A DNA stretch of 64,000 nt from Squalus acanthias (GCA_030390025.1 CM059432.1:123568001-123632000), one strand, 5' to 3'; counted from the stretch's first letter, positions 13,629 to 26,485 are shown. Translations and numbers: made by a program. Notes: generated by a model from the sequence alone, not told the origin.

Positions 13629-16455
13629 CTAATCCCATTTTCCAGCACTTGGTCCGTAGCCTTGCATGCTATGGCGTTTCAAGTGCTCATCTAAATGCTT
13701 CTTGAATGTTGTGAGGGTTCCTGCCTCTACCACCCTTTCAGGCAGTGAGTTCCAGATTCCAACCACCCTCTGGGTGAAAAAGTTTTTCCTCAAATCCCCT
13801 CTAAACCTCCTGCCCCTTACCTTGAAACTATGCCCCCTTGTTATTGACCCCTCTACTAAGGGGAAATGTTCATTTCTATCTACCCTATCTATGCCCCTCA
13901 TAATTTTGAACACCTCAATCAGGTCCCCCCTCAGCCTTCTCTGCTCTAAGGAAAACAACCCCAGCCTGTCCAGTCTCTCTTCATAGCTGAAGCGCTGCAG
14001 CCCAGGTAACATCCTGGTGAATCTCCTCTGCACCCTCTCCAATGCAATCACATCCTTCCTATAGTGTGGCGACCAGAACTGCACACAGTATTCCAGCTGT
14101 GGCCTAACTAGCATTTTGTACAGCTCCATCATAACCTCCCTGCTCTTATATTCTATGCCTCGGCTAATGAAGGCAAGTATCCCATATGCCTTTTTAACCA
14201 CCTTATCTACCTGTCCTGCTGCCTTCAGGGATCTATGTACATGCACACCAAGGTCCCTCTGATCCTCTGTCCTTCCTAGGGTCCTACCATTCATTGTGTA
14301 TTCCCTTGCCTTGTTAGTCCTCTCAAAATGCATCACCTCACACTTTTCAGGGTTAAATTTCATTTGCCACTGTTCTGCCCATCTGACCAACCCGTCTATA
14401 TCGTCCTGTAGCCTGAGGCTTCCCTCCTCGCTATTTACCACCCCACCAATTTTCGTGTCATCTGCGAACTTACTGATCATACCTCCTACATTCATATCTA
14501 AATCATTAATGTACACTACAAACAGCAAAGGACCCAGCACCGATCCCTGCGGTACACCACTGGACACAGGCTTCCAGTCACAAAAACAACCTTCGACCAT
14601 CACCCTCTGCCTCCTGCCACTAAGCCAATTTTGGATCCAATGTGCCAAGTTGCCCTGGATCCCATGGGCTCTTACCTTCTTGACCAGTCTCCCATGCGGG
14701 ACTTTGTCAAAAGCCTTACTGAAGTCCATGTAGACTACATCAACTGCACTACCCTCATCCACACACCAAGTCACCCCCTCGAAAAATTCAATCAAATTGG
14801 TCAGACATGATCTCCCCCTGACAAAGCTATGCTGACTATCTTTGATTAATCCTTGCCTCTCCAAGTGGAGACTAATTCTGTCCCTCAGAATTTTTTCCAA
14901 TAATTTCCCTACCACTGATGTTAGGCTCACTGGCCTATAATTCCCTGGTTTATCCCTACTACCCTTCTTGAATAATGGTACTATGTTAGCTGTTCTCCAG
15001 TCCTCTGACACCTCCCCTGTGGCCAGAGAGGTTCTCAAAATTTGTGTCAGAGCCCCTGCAATCTCCTCCCTTGCCTCACACAGCAGCCTGGGATACATCT
15101 CATCTGGGCCTGGGGATTTATCCACTTTTAAGCCTGCTAAAACCGTTAGTACCTCCTCCCTCTCAATCCTAATTTGTTCAAGTATATCACAATCCCCCTG
15201 TCTGATTTCTATGCCTACATCGTCCTTCTCCACAGTGAACACAGATGCAAAATATTAATTTAAAACCCCACCTACATCTTCTGGCTCTACACAGATTGCC
15301 ACTTTGGTCCCTAATGGGCCCTACTCTTTCCCTGGTTATCCTCTTGCCCTTAATGTACTGAAAAAACACCTTGGGATTTTCCTTTATTTTGCCCGCCAGT
15401 GTTATTTCATGTCCCCTCTTCGCTCACCTAATTTCTTTTTTAAGTACCCCCCTGCACTTTCTATACTCCTCTAGGGCTTCCACTGTTTTTAGTCCTTTCT
15501 ATCTGCCAAAAGCCTCCCTTTTTTTCCTACTCCATTCTCGTATATCCCTTGACATCCAGGGTTCCCTGGGCTTGTTGGTCCCACCCTTGACCTTTACGGG
15601 AACATCTTGCCATTGTACTCTCTCTATTTCCTTTCTGAAAGACTCCCACTGCTCTGATGTGGATTTCCCTACAAGTAGCTGATCCCAGTCCACTTTGGCC
15701 AGATCCTGCCTTATCATATTAAAATCAGCCTTCCCCCAATTTAGAACCTTTATTTCCGGTCCATCTTTGTCCTTTTCCATGACTACCTTAAATCTCACCG
15801 AATTATGGTCACTGTCACCAAAATGCTCTCCTACTAACACTTCTACCACTTGCCCGGCTACATTCCCTAGAATTAGGTCCAGTACCGCCCCCTCTCTTGT
15901 AGGACTTTCTACATGCTGGCTCAAAAAGCTCTCCTGGATGCACTTTAAGAATTTCGCACCCTCTAAGCCTTTCACACTCTGACTATCCCAGTTAATATTG
16001 GGGAAGTTGAAATCCCCTACTATTATTACCCTATTATTTCTACACTTCTCTGAGATTTGCCTACATATCTGTTCCTCTATCTCCCCCTGACTGTTTGGGG
16101 GCCTATAGTACACTCCCAGCAAAGTGCTTGCCCCCTTTTTGTTTTTAAGTTCTACCCATATGACCTCATTAGAGGAACCTGCTAAGATATCATCCCTCCT
16201 TACAGCAGTAATTGACTCCTTGATTAATATTGCGACACCCCCTCCTCTTTTACACCCCCCTCTGTCTCGCCTGAAGATTCTATACCCCGGAATATTGAGC
16301 TGCCAGTCCTGCCCCTCCCTCAACCATGTCTCTGTGATAGCAACAATATCATATTCCCATGTGTTCATCAACACCTTCAATTCATCTACCTTACTCGCAA
16401 AACTCCTTGCATTAAAATAAATGCCATCCAGCCTTGCCATACTCCCTTGTGCCAT
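13629..16455 (-). pseudogene. CR1 ORF2: APE endonuclease plus reverse transcriptase, disrupted
   Basis: EN motifs NARS, ITETWL, GGGV, YYRPP, GDFN, SDH; RT motifs NYRPVSLTS, DFSKAFD, GVPQGSVLGP, FADD; nonsense codons near 15499, 15425 and 15256 and a frameshift near 15290. Confidence 0.95.
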
Positions 16456-16559
16456 TACATATTTGCTCTGCCTTTCAGGCTGACTTGTTTTTTCCTCTAT
16501 AGTTGGCTGTGCATCACCCCCTACTTTAGCTCCACTCCATATCCCATCCCCCTGCCAAG

Positions 16560-17516
16560 TTAGTTGAAACTCCCCCTCCCCCCAACAGTACTAGCAAATC
16601 TCCCCGCAAGGATGTTGGTCCCGTTCCGGTTCAGGTGCAGCCCGTCCGACTTGTACAGGTCCCACCTTCCCCAGAAGCAGACCCAGTGATCCAGGAAACT
16701 AAAGCCCTCCCTCCTGCACCAACTCTTTAGCCACGCGTTCATCTGCTCTATCCTCCTATTCCAATACTCACTAGCACGTGGCACCGGGAGTAATCCAGAG
16801 ATTACAACCTTTGAGGTCCTGCTTTTTAATCTGCTACCTAGCTCCCTAAATTCTTATTGCAGGACCTCATCCCTCTTTCTACCCATGTCGTTGGTACCAA
16901 TGTGAACCACGACCTCTGACTGTTTGCCCTCCCCCTTCAGAATGCCCTGCAGCCGTTCAGTGACATCCTTGACCCTGGCACCAGGGAGGCAACATACCAT
17001 CCTGGAGTCACGTCTGCGGCCACAGAAACGTCTATCTGTTCCCCTTACAATAGAATCCCCTATCACTATTGCTCTCCCGCTCTTTTTCCTCCCCTCCTGT
17101 GCAGCTGAGCCACTCGTAGTGCCACGGACTTGGCTCTTGCTGCATTCCCCTGAGAAACCATCTCCCCCATCAGTATGCAAAATGGAAAATCTGTCGGAGA
17201 GGGAGATGGACCCAGGGGACTTCTGCACTACCTTCCTAGTTCTTTTACTCTGTCTGGTGGTCACCCATTCCCTGTCTGCCTGTGCACTATTTACCTGCGG
17301 TGTGACCACCTTGTTAAACGTGCTATCCACAAAGATCTCAGCTTCGCGGATGCTCCACAGTGACTCCAGCCGCAGCTCCAGCTCCGAAACGCGGATTTCG
17401 AGTAGCTGCAGCTGGTGACACTTCCTGCACATGTGTTCGCCCTGGACACCTAAAGTGTCCCTGACTTCCAACATAGCACAGGAGGAGCACTCCACACTGC
17501 CGAGCTGCCCTGCCAT
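16560..17516 (-). pseudogene. CR1 ORF1: zinc finger, coiled coil and SGNH esterase, one premature stop
   Basis: CSSC..CRKC zinc finger, VIGDSIVR, VVHIGTND, DGLHLN; ORFs 16854..17516 and 16560..16784 are in the same frame, separated by TAA at 16854-16856. Confidence 0.92.
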
Positions 17517-18125
17517 GTCCTACCCTTAATTTACTTCCTTTAAATTAAAGAATATTAAATACACTAGGGACCTTACGTCTCTTTAAACACTACTTACTCT
17601 AAACTAGAGACCTTACTTTTACTTTAATGACTGGAATGTAGAAATACTGTAGAAATACTCACTGCTGGTTCTCTGTCCCCTCTTGTGCAGCTTTTTAGCT
17701 CCTGCTCTCCTGGAAGCTGACAAAGATGGAAAAAGAAAGGAACACCTCCCTTCCCAAACTCCCTCACTCATCGAACTCGCAGTTTAACACTCTGTTCCGA
17801 TCTGCACTTCGTGACAAACTGCACTCTAGCTTCCCTTATTTATACTGCTGAGATTTAAATAAGTGAGCTCTCTGGCAGTTACAGAACCAGATTAGACCAC
17901 TTAATTAATTACTCTCACCTGCTCTCCAGCACAAAGCTTGATTAGCCCTGCCCAAGCCTGAAAGAAACTTAAAACTTGAAACAGTAAATTTAAATACTAA
18001 TTGCAAGCACCCAAGACTAGAATTTATAAAAATAAGAGATTAACCTTTAAGATTTACTCCCTCACTCACCAAACTCACAGTTTAACACTCTGTTCCGATC
18101 TGCACTCCGTGACAAACTGCACTCT

Positions 18126-18245
18126 GGGGCGGTGGAGAATTCCAAAGATTCACCACCCTCTGAGTGAAGAAGTTTCTCATCTCAGTCCTAAATGGCCGAC
18201 CCCTTAGTCTGAGACTGTGACCCCTGGTTCTAGACTCTCCAGAGT
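18126..18245 (-). mobile_element. Continuation of the interrupted CR1 3' fragment
   Basis: ESRTRGHSLRLRGRPFRTEMRNFFTQRVVNLWNS. Confidence 0.85.
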
Positions 18246-19649
18246 TATTGAAATACACATGATTTTTTATATTTCTTTTAAGAATGAAAAACATCCATTT
18301 GACCAATCAAGCCTCTTCCTTCTGCAGACCATGTCCAATTTGCCTCAACGCAGATTCTACTCCACTTGATGGTCTGAGGGAAAATTCTACCAAATTTCTC
18401 CCTGACCCACAAAGGCTCTTGAGCAACCTGAATATATATCTATACTTACACTGTTAGTATTCAAACCCAGTTGGTCACAGATGGCATCCCCATGGTTCCA
18501 GCAGCCACCACATACCATGGACTGTTTGATCATTACAGCTGTACCATACTTATCCCTATAATATTCAATCCCATTTCTAACTCTCTTCTTAAAAAAGGTA
18601 CTAATTGATGCACTGGAGTAAACTTTTCTCTTCAGTGCTGGGATGTAAAAGCTTGGCTGGATGGAAGCCCTCATCAGAAAATCGGGCACGAGCTGCTCAC
18701 CATTTCCTGTCCATTAAAATGAACTGATGGAAAATCATGAGCGCATTGTCCGCAACTTTGTGACGGGGGCTTCTGCTCCACTAAGCTTTTACAGGTTGGC
18801 ACTGAAGAGGAAAATCTATCGCATTAGCAGCAATTTTTGCGACCCTTCTGTGCTTTAAAACGGGGAGGTAGCGGGACGAAAATAGAAAGGGAAACACAAG
18901 CGGTGACTGGCCGCACATTCCGATTATCGGGCGTACCTCGATCCGGGCAGCCGGGGCTCCTGCGGGGGCTCCATGAATATACGGGGTCAAATAATGTCGT
19001 CATGACCCCCAATGCCAGTTTTTCCTCTGCCCGCTTACAACCATTCCTGCTCCCACCCACCAAATATGGGTGGTAGAAGAAGCGAGGCGGCCCTTTTTGA
19101 GTGTCCATTTAAGGGATCTCAGCTGCAGTCAGTGAAAGCTGGAATGGTTTAGTACACTTTTGTTTTGCATTCGTTTGTAGGTTTTGCGTGTTAAACGCTT
19201 CCACTTAGCAGCTGTAGGCCTGAAAAAAATGTGCTTCTTCCTCTCAACTGGTGATTCCTTTCATTCCACATTATTCCACTCCTCTCTCTATGTTGCTGCT
19301 GCAGACCCCACCCTCCTGGTCGGCGAGTTGTCTATAGGGAGCGCATTTCACACTGGTGTCTCTCTGAATTCATTCAAGTTAGAAGCAACCATGAATATGG
19401 TGCAGGCCCCACACTGCCTCCTTCAGATCCCGCCCATCACCCCCTTGATATGCCTTCCACTCCAAAATCGTCCCCATTGACCGCTTTTCCTGGGAACCTA
19501 GTCCACAGACCCATTACACTGTAGGGAAAAACAATTTCATAAAGTGTAGCTTATTAATTTTACACTAAGTAGTTCTACTTCTGTATTCACAGTTTAAGTT
19601 AAACGACCTGGTTACATTTATATTATGATGCTTTGGCGATTCTGTATCT

Positions 19650-19746
19650 ATTTACTTCACCTGAGGAAGGGGCAATCGATAGCTCCGAAAGCTTGTGATT
19701 TCAAATAAAACTGTTGGACTATAACCTGGTGTTGTGCGACCTCTAC
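19650..19746 (+). ncRNA. Minimal type I hammerhead ribozyme motif in a Penelope-like terminal repeat
   Basis: TCAC-CTGAGGA-A-GGGGC-aatcgata-GCTCC-GAAA-GC-TT-GTGA at 19657-19698: core CUGANGA and GAAA, stem I UCAC/GUGA, stem II GGGGC/GCUCC, palindromic AAGCTT. Confidence 0.7.
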
Positions 19747-21214
19747 ATTTATATTATCCATGCCTCAAACATTGTGGGTAATCAAAGTGAGAGGTCAGTG
19801 CTGGGGAATTGCACATCCATTCCTCGTTGTCTCTCTGATCAGGAACTCCCAGGACTGCTATGGGCTACATACAGAGTAAAACGTTTCCTATACTCGGAAA
19901 AGCGAACCCGACTGTACCAATGTAAATGTTTCCATTTCAAAACACTTTTTTAAACACTCAGAATAAGCTGCCTAAGATGTCGGCCATATTGGCCCAAGTC
20001 CAGATTGAAAAACGTGCATGCACATTAGCACAAATAATGCTGCCTCAGTATGAGCAGCACTGGAAGTCAGGCAGACGGGCGTTTCTGATATGTTGTTAAG
20101 ACTTGGTGTAAAAGAGATATAGTGCAGCTTTTGGGAGAGATCACTGGAGGGAAAGGGCACAAGAGCAGCTGCATCAGAGCACTCTGCAACCATTCAAGGG
20201 AACAGAGTAGCTTCTTAGATATGGCTCTCCTTACATTGGGGGTAATTCTAACCAAACCTTCCCCGTGGGAAGCCGTTGGGGTCGAATCAGCCTCCCGTTT
20301 TACACCGCGCCCAATTTTGCTTTCCAATGGACGGGCATTTCTGATATATGCAGTAAAATTCATGCAGTAAATTTAATTTAACTCATTCACTTGGTAGCAG
20401 CCAATACTATTACAATACACATGAATCTTTGCAAGTAAATACACAAGAAAGACACAGATGAGGGAGACCATTCAGTCCATTTTAGCTCATCTAGATATAA
20501 AAATAAATTATGTTTCTCCCATCATGTTATCTAACTGTATTCTTGAAAGAATCTAAGCTTTTCCTCTCCACTGACCAACCCAGAAGATCCTTCCAAGTGT
20601 TGATCACTCTTTACATGAATAAAATCTTCTGAAATCTGTCCTAAATTATCCTTTCATCAGTTTACAGCCTGTGGCCCCTTGTTCGAGTGGGTGACTATGG
20701 TTAGATGATACCCACCAACAGCCAACTGTCTTCGAAGAGCTTGGTAATTTTGAATTGGACCAAACAGCAGCTGACCCCTGTAATGCCCTTCACTGGGACC
20801 TAGAAGTTACCAGTGCCATAGAAACTGAGAGCTATTTCTCTTCCTGCCACAGAGAGTATCTCTGCACTCATTGTCCCAGAGGTGGAACACACTGTCACAC
20901 ATCTCCCTTGAACAGCCTGAGTCTTTTCATGGAGTGATCCTTTGTTTGAGGCAGGTATCTGCTTCTTAGCCTATGTACCTGGCCCAAAGGTGGTCTTCAC
21001 ACCCTCTCTGCTCTCTGTCTCCTGTGGGAGGCAGCACTGCACAGATTGCAAATCTAAAAACTCCTCAGCATGTTTACTTACCTCTGAATTTCCGATTGGG
21101 TCCGCGACAGGATTCAAGTGGGAAAATGGGGTGGGACCAGGCTCCACTGGAAATCCACCCCTTTGGAGCATCTGGGAAAATCATGTGCCTGCATTCCCTC
21201 TGCCCCACGCCAAA

Positions 21215-22325
21215 AAAGAAAGACTTGCATTTATGTAGCGCCTTTCATGACCTCAGGATGTCCAGAGCGCTTCACAACCAATGAAGTAACTTTTGAAGTG
21301 TAGTCACTGTTGTAATGTAGGAAACATAGCAGCCAATTTGCGCAGCAAGATTCCACAAAAAGCAATGTGATAAATTCCAGATTCTTTGGGCTGGATTTTC
21401 AATGACCCGTGGAGTCGGGTTTGGAGGCGTGTGGGGGGTTAAAGTTGCAGATTTGGGGGTCCCGACCCCATCCCGACTCCATCCCACCTCCACGCAATTT
21501 TGACAAAATCAGTCACGGGGTTCCCGACTCTGTCCCGCCTCCAAGAGGCGGGAGAGGCCATTAAAGCCCTTAACAAGCCCTAAATTGGCTCTGTAATGCC
21601 ATTTTGAAACGTTTTAGCTAGTTTAACCCTTTTCCGACGTGAAGTACGCCTGATGTGAAACACTCCAGTGAAACCTGGCGGGAGCACAAGTGGATAGCTG
21701 ACTATCAGCTGCAGGTCCACTATTACAATGGAGATGTGATGAAGGTAGTAGTAGTATTAGGTCTGAAAGTCACCTCTGATGCTGGTGCATTGAATCTCGC
21801 TCTCTCTCTCTCTCTCTGAGCTGCTGCTCATTTTGCATCCTGGTCCACTTACAGCAAAGGCCAGGCAGTCTCTGACCTGCAATGATGACATCATCAGAGG
21901 TGACTTTCAGACTGAAACCACTAATTGGTTCATGGGTTCCCACATGCTGGAACTCAATTGCCCAATTAAGTGAAAATTGCATCATTCATCCACATTAATC
22001 TGGAGTCGGGGGGGGCAACACAAAATGCAGATGACACGACCCCAACCCGACCCCAAGACAAAATCCAGCCCTTTGTTTCAGTGATGTTGATTGAGTGATA
22101 GATATTGGCCAGGACACCGGGGATAACTCGCCTGTGCGTCTTTGAAATAGTGCCATGGGATCTTTTGCATGCACCTGAGGGAGCAGACGGGGCCTCAGTT
22201 TAACATCTCAATGAAAAAAACAGCACCCCTGACAGTGCAGCACTCCCTCAGTATTGCACTGGAGTGTCAGCCTAGATTTTTGTGCTCAAGTCTCTGAAGT
22301 GTACCCACTGAGCCACAGCTGACAC
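21215..22325 (-). mobile_element. Deu-type tRNA SINE split by a MITE insertion
   Basis: 21215-21384 and 22075-22325 are consecutive parts of the SINE at 1697-2128. Confidence 0.8.
21388..22071. mobile_element. PIF/Harbinger-type MITE
   Basis: Perfect 12-bp TIR GGGCTGGATTTT / AAAATCCAGCCC, 3-bp TSD TTT, no credible coding capacity. Confidence 0.85.
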
Positions 22326-23412
22326 AAAGGGGTGTGTCTGAGGGAGCTCCTATGCTACCCTGAGAAGTCTGTTCTGTGTGCCCTAGGCAGATCTCAACAG
22401 AACTCCCACCAGCTGAGAACTGGCATGAATCCCGCTGAAACCCCAGAACTCTTGTAGCCAAAGGTAATCCATCCTGGAGGAACTGATTGCCTTAACTTTA
22501 GTGGCCCAGCTATTCCTTAGGAGCAATCTTTATATTTTTGGCCTCACTAGCTTCAGCCCTTCCCGAGCCACTGATCCACCATCAGAGAGGCAGGGAGCTG
22601 CTGTATGTGCAGGTGTCGCTGTTTGTATCCTTCCAGGCACAAGCTGCCCATCCCAACCATTCAAATAACTCTGTCCATGTAATAGGGTCTTGGCTTCTGG
22701 ACATCACTTCCACCAGTGGAGCAACCGGATTTCAGGCCCACTGGTCTCCAACTCAAGTCAGAAACAGTGAAGAATTGATTGCATTTAATGGAGAACTCCA
22801 CCATCCGACACTACGAGCCAATAAGCCCTTAATTGCCAGTAAAATAATGGTAGAACACACGTGCTAATGAAATCCATTTTTCACTGGGCAGGATAATCAT
22901 CATAGCACCAGAACTGCTACTAGCACTTTTCTGCTGGATTTCTGTCCTTTTAATGTCAAAATTCGTGGGCACAAACAATGAAAAATATACCCAAATGTGA
23001 GGAGAGCAATATATAACAGGCTCTTCTACACCTTCAGCTGATCAGTGCATTCCTTGTTAAAGAAAGAAATAACTGACATATATTCTAATGGAACCTCAAT
23101 TATCTTCCTATTTACGTTGTCCACGGGGGCACTTCCATTACGGCAGATAATCAAGGTTCCACTGTTTCAAAAAAAGATACAAAAACACACCAATTCAAGC
23201 ATCAGCAAAGTGTGTCTTGAGCCCAATAAATGCAAAGTTTTGATAATTACAGGAGATCAAAACCGAAATATGATACAATCATGTGTCCCACAATATCATT
23301 TTGATCTTAATTCACGCAAAGTCAAAGGTACCAGAACTGAAACAGTTGCTGAAGACTGCAATATAGCTTGAATTAAGCAGCATAATTTTTACGACTGACT
23401 ATTAGACTTTAT

Positions 23413-24304
23413 GGGGTAAAAATTCAGTTGGTTGCGCCTCCCGTTAGCGCCTTAAGAGGGCGCTAATGGGGCGCAAAGCCGCTAATGCCCGGGCGCAGCG
23501 ATGTTTGCGCCGCTCGGGAACTTAACTTGACATTGTGCGGCGGCGCTAAAACTTACCGCTGCGACCACCTGCGCGCGCAGATTGTGACATCATTCCATGG
23601 TGCAACGCCCTTGTGGCGCCCCGGAGCGGAAATTGAGTGGCGCCCCCTGCCTTACCGCCTGGCGCATCCAACGACCAGAAGACTGGAACGCTATCAATCG
23701 CTGTGGGGCTGGGGGGGCGCTATTTAAAGGGGGCCTCTTCCTGCCTTTTACTGTTGGTGGCATTTTTGAACTACGCATTCTGAGAGAGAGAGGGAGAGAC
23801 TTCTGGAGAGATTCAACGTTGTGTGAAGGAGTTTTGGGTACTGAGCAGCACTTTGCAGGTTCATTTTGATTTGCCATTCCTTGTATCGATTTAGCAGAGA
23901 CTGTGGGAGCTGCACTCTGAGCTCTTTGCCTGGTACTCTCCATTGTTCTTTCCAGCACATTTGATGTGCAAGTCTCTCCAGGCCGAGATTCAAGGCCGCA
24001 ATGAACAGGATGTGGATGGAAAGCAAGATTAATCATCCCCTTTAAGAACTGGCCCGTGCCATTGTGTGTGTGTTCCATTGCTGACTGACATTACATGAGC
24101 TTCGCCAGCGCGCTGAGTTAGCGCCTCACTCCTTGGCCTTTGCGCCTTAAGACAGGTGTGCAGCGCCTGCTTTAGCGCTCCACTCACCTCCCGGGGCGGT
24201 AAAAGTGAAGTTTCCAGTCAGTGCCGATAATTAGCGCCAGGCGCTAATATTTGCGTCCAGACGATATTTGCGCCCCAAATGGGGCGCGACCTAATTTCTA
24301 CCCC
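23413..24304. mobile_element. PIF/Harbinger-type MITE, CpG-rich
   Basis: TIR GGGGTAAAAATT / AATTTCTACCCC (1 mismatch), 3-bp TSD TAT; subterminal similarity to 53656-54343. Confidence 0.85.
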
Positions 24305-24344
24305 TATGAATTTATGGTCCCAGATCAAAGCTGCACTGTGCCAG

Positions 24345-24756
24345 GTAGAGTAGGTAGTGGTTATGTAGGTAGAGAGCTGGACTAATAATCCAGGGAATAC
24401 GAGTTCAATTCCTACTATGGCAGTTTGAGAATTTGTATGAATATTTTTTTTAAAGCTGGTATCAGTAAAAGTGACCATGAAGCTGACGGATTGTCGTAAA
24501 AACGTAATTGGTTCATGAATGTCCTTTTGGGATGGAAACCGGCCATCATTACCCGATCAGTCCCATATGTGATTCCAGTCCCACACCAATGTGGTTGACT
24601 CTTAACTGTTTTCTGAAGGGACCTAGCAAGCCACTCAGTTGCATCAAACCACTTCAAGAAGGCGGCCCACCATCATCTTCTCAGGGCAAGTAGGGATGGG
24701 TAATAAATACCGGCCTTGACAGCGACGCCCGCATCCCGAGAATGAATTTTTAAAAA
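24345..24756 (+). mobile_element. tRNA-derived SINE whose 3' tail matches the LINE at 8308-9063
   Basis: B-box-like GAGTTCAATTCC at ~24401; tail TTCAAGAAGGCGGCCCACCATCATCTTCTCAGGGCAAGTAGGGATGGGTAATAAAT is similar to the reverse complement of 8320-8410. Confidence 0.75.
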
Positions 24757-25224
24757 TCATCGGGTATTTGAGTGTGGAGGTCAGCAGGCCCTGCAGGGCT
24801 TTCAATCCATTAAAATTACTCGATGGAAAGTCCTGCAGGATCTGCTGACCTGTGCCCAAATTCCAACTATGTGATCCTGGTGCATGAAGCTGTGCGTGGG
24901 GTGCACAAATTTATACTTGTTGGAGCTCTTATTGCTCAGGAACTTTGTGAAAAGCTTAAGTTAAGGTCCAGCAGCAAACAATCCTGGCTAATAATTCAAG
25001 CGACATCCAAATTTGGTCACTCAAGTGACCAGAAAATCTCACCACTTTGAACCGTCTGTTAGCAAGCTGTGATGCTGCCCAAGGTTTGACGTTTCCCATA
25101 ATGCAGTTATTAGCTTACATGCAACCAACCATCAGTGAGTTACTTCTCGGAGTTTATTCTCATGTTAGGCTTCTTGTACACTAGCACGGCTAGAACAGAG
25201 AAACACAAAGTGACTAGAAACAGT

Positions 25225-25382
25225 GGGGTAGAATTTCCATGGGGGTTCCCCGATCTCCCACTGTAACTTCAGCAGCAGATCAGCAGAGGGAACAGCATAA
25301 ACTGCCACATACACCATTTCTCCAGGGTTTTTCCCCCACTTCCCGCCGGACGATTGGGAGAACCCTGGCGGAAATTCCAGCC
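25225..25382. mobile_element. Short Harbinger-like MITE
   Basis: Imperfect TIR GGGGTAGAATTTCC / GGAAATTCCAGCC; related degenerate copies near 2140-2255 and 28215-28350. Confidence 0.5.
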
Positions 25383-26485
25383 ATGTATTTCCTCGAGGAA
25401 TTTCAGCTGCACTCTGCACAAAGGACATTTTATAAAAGTTTGCACAGATCAGAAAAGCAGATAACTAACATACATATTTCATCTGTGGGAAATAAAGCAG
25501 ATAAGTGAACAAAAAGGGATACTGATGCCTTTCCTCTAGGCCCTGGAGTGCAAGTGCTATTTATGCCTCTGCTATTTACTCCACCACATCATCTTCAATG
25601 ATTCACAGCAATAATTGTGCCAATCCAAAAGGCACTTTGCAGCATTAATGTCAACAACAGCACTAGCAATAGGAAAGAAAAGAATCTGGACTGAGGAAAT
25701 CAGTTGAATTTGTTTTCTTTATTCTTGCTAGTTATGATTTGAGGTCTGAAACCAAAGAATCTCCTGGAGGCTTAAATAAATGTCAAGCAATTGTAAATCC
25801 AGAAGGAGGCATTCTTTGCTCCAGAGTACAGGGGGAATGGAGGGAAGCCTTCAATCTAAGGGAAAAAGAAGGGGGAAGGAGCTTCATGCTACTGCCTAGG
25901 AGAAATGGAAGGGGCGCTCACTCTAGTGTGGAGGAAGAGAGGGAGCATCATTCTAGCGTAAAGGAAGAATAGAGGAGACGTCACTCTAGTATAAAGAAAG
26001 AATAGAAGGGGTGTAAAGTTAGTGTAGAGGAAGAATGGAGGGACCTTCAATCTATTGCAGGACAATAATGAAAGTGGGCCTCTCGTTTAATGTGGAGGAT
26101 AAAAATGAAGGGGGCGTTACTATAGTGAGGAGGAAGAATGGAGGGCAGCATTCAGTCTAATGTTGAGGAAAAGAAAAGTGGAGGAGCTTCATGATATTGC
26201 TGAGGAGGATTGGAAGGAGGTAGTCTGGAGGAAGAATGGAGGGAGCATCGCTGTGCTGTAGAGGAGGAATAGAGGGGGCGCCACTCTGGTGGAGAGGAGG
26301 AATAGAGGAGGTATCACGAATGAGGAGGAAAATTGGGGGGGGACATCACTTTAATGTGGAGGTAAAGAATAAAGGGGGTGTCACACTAGTGTAGAGAAAG
26401 AATCGAGGGGTCATAGAGAAAGAATTGAGGGGACATCACTCTTGTGTACAGGAAGAATAAAGAGGACATTACTCCAATGAATAAA

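Larger units (their letters stand above)
13548..18125 (-). mobile_element. Near full-length CR1 LINE (5' UTR, ORF1, ORF2, 3' UTR), inactivated
   Basis: Ordered 5' UTR, ORF1, EN-RT and (atgactct)-like tail. Confidence 0.95.

Noticed and set aside
13666..17418. Multiple plus-strand ORFs of 95-164 aa antisense to the CR1, and similar ones antisense to 31039-33940
   Set aside because: Shadow ORFs of LINE coding sequence with no independent motifs.
18387..18689. 100-aa minus-strand ORF
   Set aside because: No recognisable domain or splice structure; within chance expectation.
23413..24304. CpG-island-like stretches (also 53656-54343) as gene promoters
   Set aside because: Bounded by TIRs and related to each other; explained as MITEs.
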